Assembly: GCA_951406725.2 (NCBI GenBank)
Contig: OX597823.1
Location: 30,628,001-30,692,000, forward strand
Source of the DNA: Octopus vulgaris
Lineage: Eukaryota
Length of the DNA: 64,000 bases
Reading direction: 5' to 3'
A program made the position numbers and the translations under genes. Positions 36,470 to 51,165 of this stretch are shown here, in pieces (position 1 is the stretch's first letter; each line of letters opens with the position of its first letter). The notes below the pieces were generated by a model that had not been told where the DNA came from, ran no database searches, and saw only the letters and a program-made list of their open reading frames with translations.

Positions 36470-37418
36470 GATGGTGATCTGGCAGGATTGTCACTATGCC
36501 AGATAAAATTCTTAAAGCATTTTGTCTGTCTTTCCGTTCTGGGTTCAAATTCCACTGAGGTCAACTTTGCTTTCCATCCTTTCGGGGTCGATAAATTAAG
36601 TACCAGTTAGGCACTGGAGCAGGGTGAATGTAATCAACTAGCTCCTCCCACCAAATTTCTGGCCTTGTGCCTATAATAGAAAGAATTATTATTGTTATGA
36701 TTGCAGTTACTATTTTGCCAAAATTATTAGCACATCAGACGAAATGCTTAGCAGTTTTTCTTATCATTATTTTATGTTCTGAGTTCAAATCCCACCGATG
36801 ATAACTCTGCTTTCATCCTTCCAGCATTGATGAAATAAAGAACCTGTTAAGTACTGGTGCCAATGTAATCAACTAAACCACTTGCATGGGAGCTGCTGGC
36901 CTTGTGTTTGAATTAGCAACCATTAAGGTTAACGAACTGGCAGAATTGTTTGGGCATCAGAAAGTTATATTGCAACGTTTGTTCCAGCTGTTTACATTCT
37001 GAGTTCAAATCCTGCTAAGGTTAATTTTGCCTTTCATCTTTTTGAGGTTGATGTATTAAAGTACCAGTTATATACTGGGTTCAGTGATATCAATTGGCGT
37101 CTTTGCCTAAAAATTACTGACTTTGTACCTAAATAACAAACCTTTATTACTACTGCTACTACTATTATTATTATTATTAAGGTGGCAAGCTGGCAAAATC
37201 GTTAGCAAACCAGGCAAAATGGTTAGCGGTGTTTCGTCTGATCTTACAATCACGAGTTCAAATTCCACCGAGGTTGACTTTGCTTTCATCCTTTCAGGGT
37301 CAATAAATTAAGTATCAGTAACCAAGTACTGGGGTCGATGTGATCAACTAACCCACCACCACCACCACCTCACCTCCCAACAAATTTCAGGCCTTGTGCC
37401 TTTAGTAGAAAGGATTAT
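36470..37418 (+). mobile_element. Cluster of four co-oriented family B SINEs
   Basis: Copies at ~36470-36690, 36715-36920, 36926-37100 and 37180-37418. Confidence 0.8.
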
Positions 37419-37426
37419 TATTATTA

Positions 37427-37800
37427 CCTTTGCACAGCTTCTAATGCTGGAGGTGTATTACAGTGTCAGCTGTTCACTACCAGTCTGAACTAAGGTAACA
37501 CCTCTTATTTTTCGAGCACCTTCAGGAGTATTCAAGCAGTTCCAAGCAGTGCTGTTTTCTGCAAGTGCTCCACCCTTATTGCAGCCCCTATTTGTTCCAC
37601 GTACTCCTCAAGATTTTTGCTCATTGTTCCCAGGGCTCCGACACTTATTGGTACTACTGCTACATTTTTCATGACCACAACTGCTTAACTTCCCAAGCTA
37701 ACCTGTCATATCTCTCGACTTTTCTTTCTTCCTTATCACATACCTTGTTGTCAGCTGAGCATGCTATATCCATGATCCAGCATAGTTTTTCTTTCTCAAT
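37427..37800 (-). mobile_element. R4/Dong-clade LINE 3' end (decayed)
   Basis: Minus strand reads ..LQKTALLGTA*ILLKVLE, matching the LQK..LLGTA.ILR.VL C-terminus of RLE-endonuclease LINEs; (TAA)n tail. Confidence 0.7.
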
Positions 37801-38486
37801 TAAGACTATGTCTGTCTTCAAATACTATTGGTGTCACTTTGCTTCTTTTAGTCATCTGAAGTACCAGTCATGAACTGGGGTTGGTCCTTGTTGGTCAAGT
37901 TAGAAACTGTCATTGTCCTTGTCATCATTGTCATTGGTTTTATTATTTTCTACTCCAGACGAGTGTTTCTTTCTTTCACCTCCTGCTCCACCTTTTTTGA
38001 TTGCGGCTGGAACCCACATACAACAGACAATCATTTGAGATCCCTTCCATTCTGAGTGTGTGTATGTGTGTAAGGCACATAGTATAGTGCAGGGGGTTAG
38101 GGGCACGGGACTGAAAACATGTGATTGTATAAATTATTTGTAATAATAATAATCATAATAATTTCATTTATTATGAGGGGGACTACTCATAATAAAGACA
38201 GGATGAGGGGGACAGTACAAAGACAGACATAAAGTGTGGGGGTAACGATAATAAAACATATGCGACAGGGCGGTGAGGTGCTAAATTATTTTGTTAGAGC
38301 TCCTTATGGTCTCAGTTCTAATCCTACTGATGCTGACTTTGCTTTAAATGGAGGTGCCCCAGCATGGCCACATCCCACTGGCTGGAAGTGGTGAAACAAT
38401 ATATACATGTCATGACTGATGATGTGTTTGGCAAGATGGAGATACGGTTAATAATATTCTCCCTATATTAACACTAATATTGATCT

Positions 38487-38517
<31 letters not shown>

Positions 38518-38987
38518 GATATAAGTGCAGATTGAAACAGGAGATTTTAAGTATTTTCATAACAACTTCTTACAAGTAGTTACGTAATCTTACATGTGTT
38601 TCACTGGTGAATCTTCCATGCATTATGTAATAATTGTTATGTAAATGAATGCATAATAGAGATGGAATACCAGATCTTCAGAGGAATGTTGTAATTCAGT
38701 TCTGTATTATATGAACATAATTTGGTGAAGACATGTGAGATAAACTATGAAAGTAGTCAACAATTATCTACTAACCAGTCTCAGAGCTAATGAAGAAAGA
38801 GTCATTGGTTGCAGCTTTATTCTCATGATCCATTGCTGCTTACATTCAAATATGGATATAACATGCAGCTGTCGTCATTTCTTTTATAAATGAGGCCAAG
38901 AGGTGTTAGGAATGTTATTGTGCCAAATTAAACATAAAGGACAAATACGGAAACAGAAAGAATCTTTAATTAAAAATAATTAATCTT

Positions 38988-39268
38988 TAGCATAACCATA
39001 TCTTTAGTAGATTTTACCAACAGATAAAATTTCATCAGCACCAGCAGAACTTTGGCATAATTTTCACATCACCATAGTGACAGACACCCAATCACTGAAT
39101 GTTAACCTAAAGCCTCAATTTGATGAGAATTTTGTTTGGCTTTTGGTGAATGGGTGTACGTTGTTGATGAGGTGAAAATTGCACTGAAATCAGGTGATAC
39201 AAATCCGATCTGCTGGTGCTGATGAAATATCATCTGCTGATATAATACTATGATATTTGGTAAGTCTA
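38988..39268. mobile_element. MITE-like inverted repeat (~60-bp arms)
   Basis: TTTCATCAGCACCAGCAGA (~39030-39048) vs TCTGCTGGTGCTGATGAAA (~39209-39227), with extended degenerate pairing. Confidence 0.55.
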
Positions 39269-40269
39269 TACAAGATGCTTTCTCAGGATGAATATTATAG
39301 TTTATGGCATCTAAAACAACACTTGAGTTAATACCACAAAAATCAACTTAAAAATGACTTAACAGATCCTACTATCAGGTGGTGCTATTAACTTAAACAT
39401 GGCCTGGGATAATTTTTGGCTGAAACATGTCTAAAGTGTCTAAGCATATTGTGTGCATGTGCGTGTGTGTATCATGACATTGCTTTGGCATAGTAATACT
39501 AATAACCAGTTGTTAGAACTTAAACGTACTAACGCTAAAGCATGAGGAGAATACAGAATATAGTATCAATTAATCAATGACTACAGAACAGGAGTTACTT
39601 AATCAATTTATTAGCTTTAAATACATATTTCCTGGGTTTTTTTTACATTAATTGATATATACACAGACATATATATATTTATATAAGGGACTTTTGAACC
39701 ACTCCAGACACACAAATAATGTGGGAGAGAAGAAAAAATTGTTCCCTCTAAACTCTACTTTCAAACATCATGTTGAAAACACCAATAAAGAAGCTGTATC
39801 AAGATCGTTAGTCTTGCTAGAAATAGCAGCCAAACCTCTCTCAAATCACAACCATGTCGTACTGCCTCAAAAGATAAATGGTAGAACACATTAGATATTA
39901 TAGTACTGGTTTTACACTAAAACAAAATATAAACAGGGAAGTCACGGCTAGAATGCCTTTCACAGTGAGCCAGCTGGATCAGGACTGATCTGGATTTATA
40001 CAACAACAACAACAACAACAACTTTGTAGAAATAGCCAAATTGTATATTTGAACCTCCAAAATTTCTCTGCAAACTAACAACCATTTCTGTGTGTGTGTG
40101 TGTAGGAAAGACACATGGTAATATGCGTAAAATATGACTGGTTTGTATGCCATAAGGTGCAGCTGGAAAAGAAAAGCCCTTTCTCAGAACTAACCCCTCT
40201 TCCTTCTACAACTCACAAGCTTATAGAAGAGTATGTCAAAGCTTACCATCTTTAGGGTCCATGAAGTGA

Positions 40270-40558
40270 GGGCACCTGACTTAGTGGTTACAGTATTCAG
40301 CTCTTGATTGTACATTCTTGAGGGCAATTCCTGGCAGTGCATTGTGTCCTTAAGCAAGACACTTTATTTTCACTTTGCTTCAGTCCATTCAGCTGACAAA
40401 AAGGAGTAGTGGCTGTAATTCAAAGGGGCCAGGCTTGTCACACTGAATCTCCATGGAAGCTACACTAAGGGTACATGTGTCTGGAGTTCTCAATCTTCAC
40501 TTGCAGGCTGTTCCATCAATCAATTGGAATCATCAATGTCATAACCAATTGAGTGCCA
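40270..40558 (+). mobile_element. Family C-related SINE (diverged)
   Basis: TCAAAGGGGCCAG.CTTGTCACA..AAGGGTACA..GCAGGCTGTTCC shared with 3681-4060. Confidence 0.65.
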
Positions 40559-40822
40559 ATGTTTTTGTGGAGTTGGGGTCACTGGGGTGCATGTGTATGT
40601 TTTTTTAATTCTCCCCAAATTATATATGCATTCTTGTTTACCTAACTGAATTCCAAAGAAAGACCCAGGTTCCATTTCTGTTCCTTCTTACTTTGGAGTC
40701 GAGCCATATGCAGCATGTTGCTTCAAACCCACTTGGATATGTTGGGAAAATTAGAAAACACCCTACCCACTCCAAAAAATGGTAGAGCATGATTATAACA
40801 ATTTGTTAGTTTAGCATTATAA

Positions 40823-41201
40823 TTAACCCTTTTGTTACTAACCCGGCCGAAACCACCTGACTCTGTAGTACAAATGTCTTGTTTATGTTCCTAACACTAG
40901 CTTAATGATAACTAAGTTATTTTACTAAATTCTTTGTTATATTTAAAATTAATTGAACAGAACAGAGAGCATCTAAACTGAAATACAGTAACGAAAGGTA
41001 CATTATTTACATTTGACGGATATTTGTCCTCATCTTGTTTGTTGTTAACACAACATTTCTGCTGATATACTCGCCAGCCTTCAATAGGTATCTTGGGGAA
41101 ATTTCAAACTTGGGTTCTCATTCCTAACAAATATCCATCAAATGTAAATAATGTACATAATTCCTCATCTCCTAAATATAGAACAGTAACGAAAGGGTTA
41201 A
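40823..41201. mobile_element. Family F MITE with a family E composite (40999-41183) inserted in its TIR
   Basis: CAGTAACGAAAGG duplicated at 40986-40998 and 41184-41196. Confidence 0.85.
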
Positions 41202-41550
41202 ACAAATGAGAAATTAATCCCAAACTGGATATGTTATCACCACCTTTCCAGTTTGTGTTCCCTGAAGCTATAATCCTCACCATTCCACCCCACTTGCTCC
41301 TCACAGCATCTCAATGAAGTGAATCCAAAATAGAACAGTGTGAATCGAACACGTAATCTTTGAGTTGGTAGCTAATACTCTTATTATCTTGCACCACCAC
41401 CACCACCACCAAGATACCTGTTTCTTTTCTCATTCCAACTCATCCAGTTTTAAATTAATTTGGCTTCTACAGGTGATTCCCTTGCCTTCCTTGACAAGAG
41501 TTGATTATTAAAATTCCTATTATTTTTCTCTTCATTACATATGTAATCTT

Positions 41551-41800
41551 TACATTATTTACATTTGACAGATATTTGCCCTCATCTTGTTTGTTGTTAA
41601 CACAACGCTTCGGCTGATATATCCTCCAACCTTCATCAGGTGTCTTGGGGAAATTTCAAACCTGGGTTCTCATTCCTAAGGTATTTTTCAATGTTATTAT
41701 TATTATTATTAGTATTATCATTATTCAGGTCACTGCCTGCAATTGAACTCGGAACCTTGGGGTTAGTAGCCCATGCTCTTAACCACTACGCCATATGCTT
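41551..41800 (-). mobile_element. Family E element, nearly full length (tRNA head + (AAT)n + hammerhead)
   Basis: Reverse complement: ATATGGCGTAGTGGTTAAGAGCATGGGCTACTAACCCCAAGG.TCCGAGTTCAATT..(AAT)n..GACAC CTGATGA..GAAG CGTTGTGTT. Confidence 0.85.
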
Positions 41801-41878
41801 GTGGACTAGTTTTTGATGGAGTTTTTTCTCTATGTCTCCATTGAAGTCTAATGTTGGCTCTGTACCAATTAGATAATA

Positions 41879-42255
41879 CAGCTCTATAGTTAAGAGATGA
41901 GGAATTATGTACGTTATTTACATTTGATGGATATTTATCCTCATCTTGTTTGTTGTTAACACAACGTTTCGGCTGATATACCCTCCAGCCTTCATCAGGT
42001 TGTCTTGGGGAAATTTCGAACCTGGGTTCTCATTCCTAAGGTATTTTTTGATATTATACATCATCATCGTTTGACGTCCGTTGTCCGTGCTAGCACGGGT
42101 TGTATTATTATTGTTGTCGGCGTTATTGTTCAGGTCACTGCCTGGAATCGAACTCGGAATCTTGGGGTTAGTAGCCCATACACTTAACCACTATGCCATA
42201 TATCCATCAAATGTAAATAATCTAAATAATGTATATCTCTTAAATATAGAACTGT
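41879..42255 (-). mobile_element. Family E element, full length with an inverted 3' tail
   Basis: Minus copy 41879-42200 followed by the plus-strand 3' end (..CTTAAATATAGAACTG). Confidence 0.85.
41958..42004 (-). ncRNA. Minimal type I hammerhead ribozyme (Penelope-type, dimer-dependent helix III); best-preserved copy
   Basis: Reverse complement GACA(A)C CTGATGA A GGCTG gagggtatat CAGCC GAAA CGT T GTGTT: full core, 5-bp helix II, palindromic ACGU helix III, helix I GACAC/GTGTT with one bulged A. Confidence 0.7.
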
Positions 42256-42487
42256 ATGCAATTTTTAGTTATTCAAAAGATTTGGAAGCTTGTCGCATTA
42301 CGTATATTAGCCTCCAATTAACTATATAGTTGATTGTCCAATCTCCTGATAATAGTTGTTAGTTGAATATCTTGTTCTATTAACTATTTTATTATTTCAA
42401 TGTCTAAATTCTTCAGTTAAATGCGATACATTCAGATAAATGTAGTTTTCCTGTATATATATATATATATATATATTTTATATATAT

Positions 42488-42520
<33 letters not shown>

Positions 42521-43096
42521 GATACCTGTATTATATAAAATATAGAACTGTGATGATAAAGTATAAGCATTGTTATATTAAAATACACTATTCTTATAAA
42601 ATAATATTCTTGTAATAAAATATGGTATTGTTATATAGAATCTATATGAAACAATATTCTTATAATAAAATATATCATTGTTATAATAAAATGCATTATT
42701 GCTGATGAACAGTATTGTTATGATAAATATATAGCAGTGTTATAACTACACAAAACAATATTCTTATAATATATATATAATATAGTTATGATAAAATATA
42801 TATAGTGCAACGTTATGTAACAATTTGATGAAATTGTCTGTGCATTACAATGAATTTGGAAATCAATATTAATGTCTAAGAAATTGAATGGTTAACCTAC
42901 CAAAAATGTAAGAATAAGCAAATAGATATTCTATATGTGTGAAAGCAGAATCAAAGCTGGAAAATTATCAATTTACCTCTCTCCGTCCTCAATTCCACTT
43001 TATTTCTTAAAGCTGGAAATATATAAAACTCGATGTTTATTTTATTAGGAATTCTACTGTGACCTGACCTGCAGAGTGTCTCCGATTCCATTTCTC

Positions 43097-43317
43097 TTAA
43101 ACCCTTTTGTTACCAAATTCTTGCTGAAATACATCACTTTTGTTTTAATTAATTTTGAAAATGGTGAGGAATTTAGTAAAATAACAACTTTCTCATTATT
43201 AACTTGATGTTGTAAGATAAATTAACATATTTTGATGGAAGGTTTTAATGTAAATCATTATAAAACAAGGAAGTTTGTATCATACAACCAGGGGCAGTTT
43301 GATATCAAAAGGGTTAA
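43097..43317. mobile_element. Family F-related TTAA MITE
   Basis: ACCCTTTTGTTACC ... GATATCAAAAGGGTTAA. Confidence 0.65.
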
Positions 43318-45353
43318 ACAAAATAAAGGGTTTTCATTGTTTTCCAGGCAGTGCAGGACTTGATGCAGTCATTAGTTTATTGGAATCTTAATAAGGATTG
43401 ATATAACTTCAATAATATTTGTTACTTAAGCATAAAGACAATTGTCGACAATGTTAGAAGGATGTGATTAAATTCATCAACACTTGTACATTACCGGTAC
43501 ATATTCTCATCAGTTTTGGTGGGATAAAAGACAAAGCTGACTCTTGAAGGAGTTTAAATTTGAACCAAGGGAAATAAACTAAATACTTCTAAATAAAGCT
43601 TCACATTGACACTACAGACTATTTGAGCCAGCTTCACCAGTTTGATACTCCATAGTCTTAAGTCTGATTCATCAGTTTTCCAATATATTTATGTGTGTGT
43701 GTATGCATGTATGTATAGCCTGAACAACATTCAATAGTTGATATTGTTCAGTCTAATTCATGTTCAACAAGTTGACATGACATTGTCTGCGGCATCATCA
43801 TCAATCGCTTGACACTAACAATGTGAGCAAAATTTGCAATCCTGGAACGGCATTGTCTGAACTAGATTCAGCAGTTTGTCACTGCTACACCATCTGAGCC
43901 AGTTTCACGTATAAATTTTAAATGTATTTGTCAGTTAAGTCTTCTGAAGTGAGTTTTCCTTGGTGCTAAATTTCCCGTTTTGTTTTCCCATTCACAGCCA
44001 TTGTGATAAACAAAATGTACTGAAGTAGATGATTAAATGTGACACAATATTGTGATGATGGAGGAGAATAAGAACTGCGATAATGTAAATGTAAGAGATT
44101 AGAAATGCTTCAAGCTAGACCCTAACCCAACCCACACCAGAAAAGGAAAACAAATATTGATATGACAATGATGATGACAATGACGACGACTCAATTATAA
44201 TTTCTTTTATTTTTAAAAAGCATTTAAATATCGGGAACTGATAGAAAAGTAAAGCAGTGTCATGTTGCTGAAGACAAGGTCTTTAGTCATGTTTGCATGA
44301 CGAAGAGAGTGAGAGGTGTCAATTGTATGCAAAGAACATGTAAAGTAAATGGACCAAACAGGAATCGAACCCTTATTGTAAACATTACTTCCCAAATGTT
44401 TATTAAGACTATATAATGTATAGTTAAGATAACTATGCAACATTATAACACCTGGCAACTAGGTAGGGATACCTAAGTAGCCTTTGTTTAAAACAGTTGT
44501 AATTCAATTCTAGTAAGGTTGACTGCAGCATAATACCTCGCCTGGGTTCAAATTCATTGGCAAGAGACAGAATCTCATATGTTTGTGTAAGATGTGGAAT
44601 GATTGAAAGCCACTACACTAAATTACAATATATAGAATAAGCTCAGCATGCTTGCCCTGTAAGAGATAGCAATGAAATCTCACCTAATACCTACTGGTAT
44701 GATATAAGAGGCATTAGACAACATAGGGTAGAGTACATTATGCTGAGGCAAGATTAACAAAGCTGGAACACCTTTGATCATAGGTCTGCTTGGTGAGGAA
44801 TAGCCTGGGGCTAAACAATAACACATCTAGCATTAGGTGATTGGTTACATTATCAATTAGTGACCCGCAAGTCAAATATCAATCAATGACTTTTGGTTAT
44901 AATTAATTTATGTATTATTTATTTACTTGGAGAAATTTTCCAATACAAAACATGAATTCTCATCAAAATATCTTCCATTGTAGTAAAGAACTTTACTTTT
45001 AAAAGACTTTACACTTTATGAATGACTTCTATGTTTATACTTGTTGCTATGGAAGCAGTTGTCATGTGACCACTGATACCACTTCTAGTAATAAACCCTT
45101 TATCTCTCTCTTTCTCAGTTTTTATATCTGTCAACACACACATGCATACATATATATGCATACATGTGGGTTTTCTTGAACCACTGCATTTAATTTCTAG
45201 GTAAGATGTGTCATTTTAAGCAAAACATTCCACTATTTCATTTCAAGTCTTCATAATTTAATGAATTTAACATTCCTTTATAAATTGTGTTTGTGTGCAT
45301 ATATATATGTGTGTGTATGTATGTAATATATATATATATATATCTACTACTTC

Positions 45354-45705
45354 GGCACTCCATTGGTTATGATGACGAGAGTTCCAGTTGATCTGATCAA
45401 CGGAACAGCCTGCTCGTGAAATTAATGTGCAAGTGGCTGAGTACTCCACAGACACATGTACCCTTAACGTAGTTCTCAGGAAGATTCAGCATGACAAGGC
45501 TGACTCCTTTGAAATACAGGTACAACAAAAACAGGAAGAAAGAGTGAGAGAAAGTTGTGATGAAAGAGTACAGCAGAGTTTGCCACCCCACCCCATGCCA
45601 GAGCCTCGTGGAGCTTTAGGTGTTTTCACTCATTAAACACAATGCCTAGTCTGGGAACCAAAACCACAAGTCTGCTACCCTAGCCAATGGGCCATTGCAC
45701 CTCCA
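45354..45705 (-). mobile_element. Family C SINE
   Basis: Reverse complement of 3681-4060. Confidence 0.85.
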
Positions 45706-45805
45706 CATATATATATATATATTATACATCGTATGTATATGTATATATACATGCACATATAGCATTCTTCTATAACTAATTCACTCAATGTCTGATATAC
45801 ATATG

Positions 45806-45840
<35 letters not shown>

Positions 45841-46687
45841 GTATGTATGTATATATATACATATGTGTGTGTGTATATATATACATATGTGTGTGTATGT
45901 ATATATATATATACATACATATATATAAACATATATATATACATACATACATATATATAAACACATATATATATATACATAAATATATATAAACATATAT
46001 ATATATATATACATATATATAAACATTTATTTATTCATGATTTTCATTACCTCATCTACTTGCTGCTCGTTCACATGCTTCGTTCATAACAAACAAAAAG
46101 TCCATTCAGGTGTGGTGGTCATATATGTTTCTTCTTCAAATGGCTGCAACCAAGATGCTTTTCACAATTACCACACCAGCAATTCAGGTGATACATGGAG
46201 TCTAAACACGGATCGCCTCTTACTTGAATCCATCGTCCCTTGCACACACACACATACACACTTGCTCTCTCAACCACATCCATGATCACTTTCAGACTCA
46301 CCGCTGCAAACTGACAAAAACCACACTTTTTACTTTACACTGTGCCATCCTGCAAACCCCAACGCTTACAGCAGTAAACTCACCTTCACATGGCTGCTTT
46401 TGACAGCTTGTTGGACTGTAACCAGTAAGAGTAATCTCCCTTGGTTATGAAACCTAGCACTGTACCAGGTGGATTTTCAACGAACCACCGACTTTTTTGC
46501 TTTGTTAATCCAACAGCATTTTTAGCCAGTTGTCAAACCACAATTACTTCTCGGTCATTTGAATATTTCTACATTTTTCATTCATTTTTATTTGTGTGTG
46601 CGTTTTTTATTAACCCATTCATTGTGCAGTGCTTTTTGCCTTTTCATTTGTGTATTTTTTTTGTTTATGTATGCGTGTGTCTATTTG

Positions 46688-47710
<1,023 letters not shown>

Positions 47711-48791
47711 CCCCCAGATATGTTTTCTTTTGTGCCTTGTTTAATGCCAAAGATTACTTAATTACAAATACCTCTTGGATCCTTCAATAACTTGTCTATA
47801 TTGAATCTATGATTATCAGTTAAATGTGTATGTATAAACGTTTACGTATGTGTTCATACATATATATATATATATATATATACAAATGTCTGTGTATTTT
47901 TCAGTGTTTACAAATAACATGGAAAAAATAAATAAATAGTTACCATGGTTGCAAAAATTCACATAAATGCCAAGGATGTAACAGCCTACTTATAAAGGTA
48001 GAAATTCCAGGTTTTGGTGAAATGTTTTTAGATAACATAGATAAATAAATGGAGTTAACGCAGGTGTTATTCAAAGATTTGAATAGCACATGCGTTTAAC
48101 TCCATATATATATATATATGTGTATGTATGTATGTGTTGTTGAGAAGACTAATTTTTTAAGCTATTAACCTCATCTTTGGAGACAAAACATTTTTTTAAA
48201 ACTATTTACATCAATCTAGACTTATTTTGATAAGTTTGATCACCATTTAACATTGAGTGTCTATGGATAAGAGCAGTATTATCTTCAGTTTAGAAATAAA
48301 TTTTCTAGTTCAAATCCAGTCTGGTACTTTGTACATATCCAGGAATAAGACACTTGATGACAATCAGCAGCCAAAGCAGTGAAAACATGATATAAATGTA
48401 AATATTAAAAATAAAGAAGAAAAAAAAACCTTCACCACTAAAAATAAGGTTAATAGTTAAAAAAAAAATTATAATCTTATTTTAATAATCTACGTTTATT
48501 CATTTATATACTAATTACATCATAATTATCTGTTGCAGTTTTCCTTGATTTTGATTTTGTTTTGAGCTTGGGTGGGGAGTATTTTTTCATTTTATTTTTC
48601 ATTTTTCATTTTTCATTTTTTTTTCTAGATGTCATTCTTGAATAATTTCACATAAAAACAACAGCAAAACTGTTTTAAAAATTCATTGACAATATAGCAA
48701 AAAGAAAAAAAACAATATATATATGATAATGAATAAATATATACATATATATATATGGTAATAAATAAATGCATATATGTGTATATATATA

Positions 48792-48866
<75 letters not shown>

Positions 48867-50400
48867 AATTCCAAATATACTACAAATTATAATTTATATT
48901 ATTAGAACAATTGCTTTGTGAAAAACAGAGCCTTTGGAGTCACTTGTGCTTACATTCCTGGCAATAATTTCTGTTCATTCCTTCTTCTTTTCAAGCACCG
49001 ACTTTGAGCCATAATTTGGAATTGTTGGTTTAAATATAAATAAACGTTTCTCAGCCAAAATGTGAGGACATTGCAAGTGTGAGGTGTCATTTATGTCACC
49101 CTACTGAAACCAAATATATAAAGAGAGTTTAAAGATTAAAAGAAACACAATAAAATATCTAGAATTTTCTCATGTTTTCTTCGTGTTTTTTGTTATTTTT
49201 GTTATTTATTTATTTCTTCTTCCCATTGACCTAGCAGTTAAGGTGTTGCGCTCAGAATTCTAAGGTCATGGTTTCAATTCCCAGACATAGCATTGTGTTG
49301 TGTTTCCAGTCCACTCAGCTGTAAATGAGTTCCAGCAATTGCAGAGAAGTTAACCCTGAGAGGGACTGGCATTCTATTCAGGGGGAGTTTTGTAATCCCG
49401 GTCACTTATATGCCATGGAAACTAGGTTAAACTTTAGTCTTATGAGTCCCAAAGTTCATAATAGACCCAAGTCTTCACCTTTAAAACATGTTCTCATCTG
49501 ACCCCAGCATTCATCTCTAAACTGAAGCATCACCCATCTCTGACACTGCACTTAGTTCCTGTCAAAGAGTCTTAATTTTCAGCTGCTCTGTCTACATCAT
49601 TGCTTGTGTTATATAATAGTTACCGTGGTAAGGTGTTTTTGTCTTCATCTGATGTAAGTTTGCTGTGTTTTTTGCTTTTGAGCCCAGCCTAAAGAGATCA
49701 GTGTAGTTGTTCTACTGAACAACTACAAGAAAGGGAATTCTACAGGGCTGGCATCCTGAACGGCATAGCGGTAAATGCGGGGTCAATGTAGGTGGGGTGG
49801 ACACAATATCAATGACAAGACAAAACAAGTCAAGTGAACCGTTATAGAAGCAGCTCGAGATCTGGCAAATCTGAAGAATCCATGATGCTGTGGAATTGTC
49901 TCTTTGTAGAATAGTTATATTAAAAAACATGGTATATATATATCAGAGCGACAGAAAGAAAACCAGAATAAGGAAACAATATGTCTGTGGTTCAAAGACA
50001 CGAATGTGTTGAGAGATATTTTGCCAATCAGTTGGGGTAATTTATTTCTATGTTTAGTCTTAGATCTCTCTACTTGTAGCAGCAGTCCCAAAATTCTTTC
50101 TGTTACTTTAAAAACTTGGTCCATTAATAATTGCTTTTTTTATTATTATTATTATTTAGAGCATCTCCATTACCTATGTAGCAGTATCTAGATGATACAG
50201 TATGAACCCTTTACTCACTGGTTGACTATGGAAGTGTCTAGCTTTGAGCCCTACTACATCAGACTCATTTCATGGCATTCGTCTTACAACCACTCTATGA
50301 AGAGATTTTATCTCAGGCAATTCCACAGCATACCCTCTAATGGTGTGCCTATATTTTGTAGGATACACAGATGGTGATGCAGTCACACAGATGTGTATGT

Positions 50401-51165
50401 CATCATCATCATCATCATCGTTTAATGTCCGTTTTCCATGCTGGCATGGGTTGGATGGTTCGACTGGGGTCTGGGAAGCCAGGAGGCTGCACCAGGCTCC
50501 AATCTGAACTGGCAGTGTTTCTACAGCTGGATGCCCTTCCTAACGCCAACCACTCAGAGTGTAGAGGGTGCTTTTTACTTGCCAGAGGGAATGGCATCGA
50601 CTATGATCGGATGATGCTATTTACGTGCCACTGGCACGGAAGCCAGTCAAAGCAGCACTGGCATTGGCCACGTTTGGATGGTGCTCTTTACGTACTATCG
50701 GCATGGGGGTCACAACTGCAATTTCCATTTGATTTGATTTTGATATTGCTGATGTTGATGTACTTGACTCAATAGGTCTCCTCAAGCATGGCATGTCACC
50801 CTACAATCCAAGGTACATTTGAGTGGGCTGGTTATGTGACACTGGTGTAGGTTACAGCTGTGAACTCACTTTATTTGCCGAGTCTTCTCAGCCACAACAT
50901 ACCTCCAGAGATCTCAGTCTTTTGTCATTACCTCTGTGAGGCCCAACGTTCGAAGGTCATGCTTCACCACCTCATACCATGTCTTTCTGGGTCTCCCTCT
51001 ACCCCAGATTCCTTCCCTGGCACATAAAAAGCACCCACTACACTTAAGGAGTGGTTGGCAGATCAGACTGGACCTGGTGCAGCCTTCTGGCTTCCCAGAC
51101 CCCAGTTGAACCGTGCAACCCATGCTAGCATGGAAAGCGGACGCTAAACGATGATGATGATGATA
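50401..51165. mobile_element. RTE-LINE 3' end (minus, 50401-51012) abutting a plus-strand family D tail (51017-51165)
   Basis: Minus strand encodes GRGRPRKTWYEVVKHDLRTLGLTE; (GAT)n tails point outward on both sides. Confidence 0.8.

Noticed and set aside
41726-41800. Bona fide tRNA gene (anticodon-like ACT)
   Set aside because: No paired acceptor stem, imperfect T-stem, and always attached to the family E body; it is a tRNA-derived head. The same applies to the heads of SINE families A, B and C.
48975-49100. Possible minus-strand terminal exon (GDINDTSHLQC..LEKKKE*) after a tttcagtag acceptor
   Set aside because: Only 41 codons, no recognisable homology, and no phase-compatible upstream exon found; needs RNA-seq.
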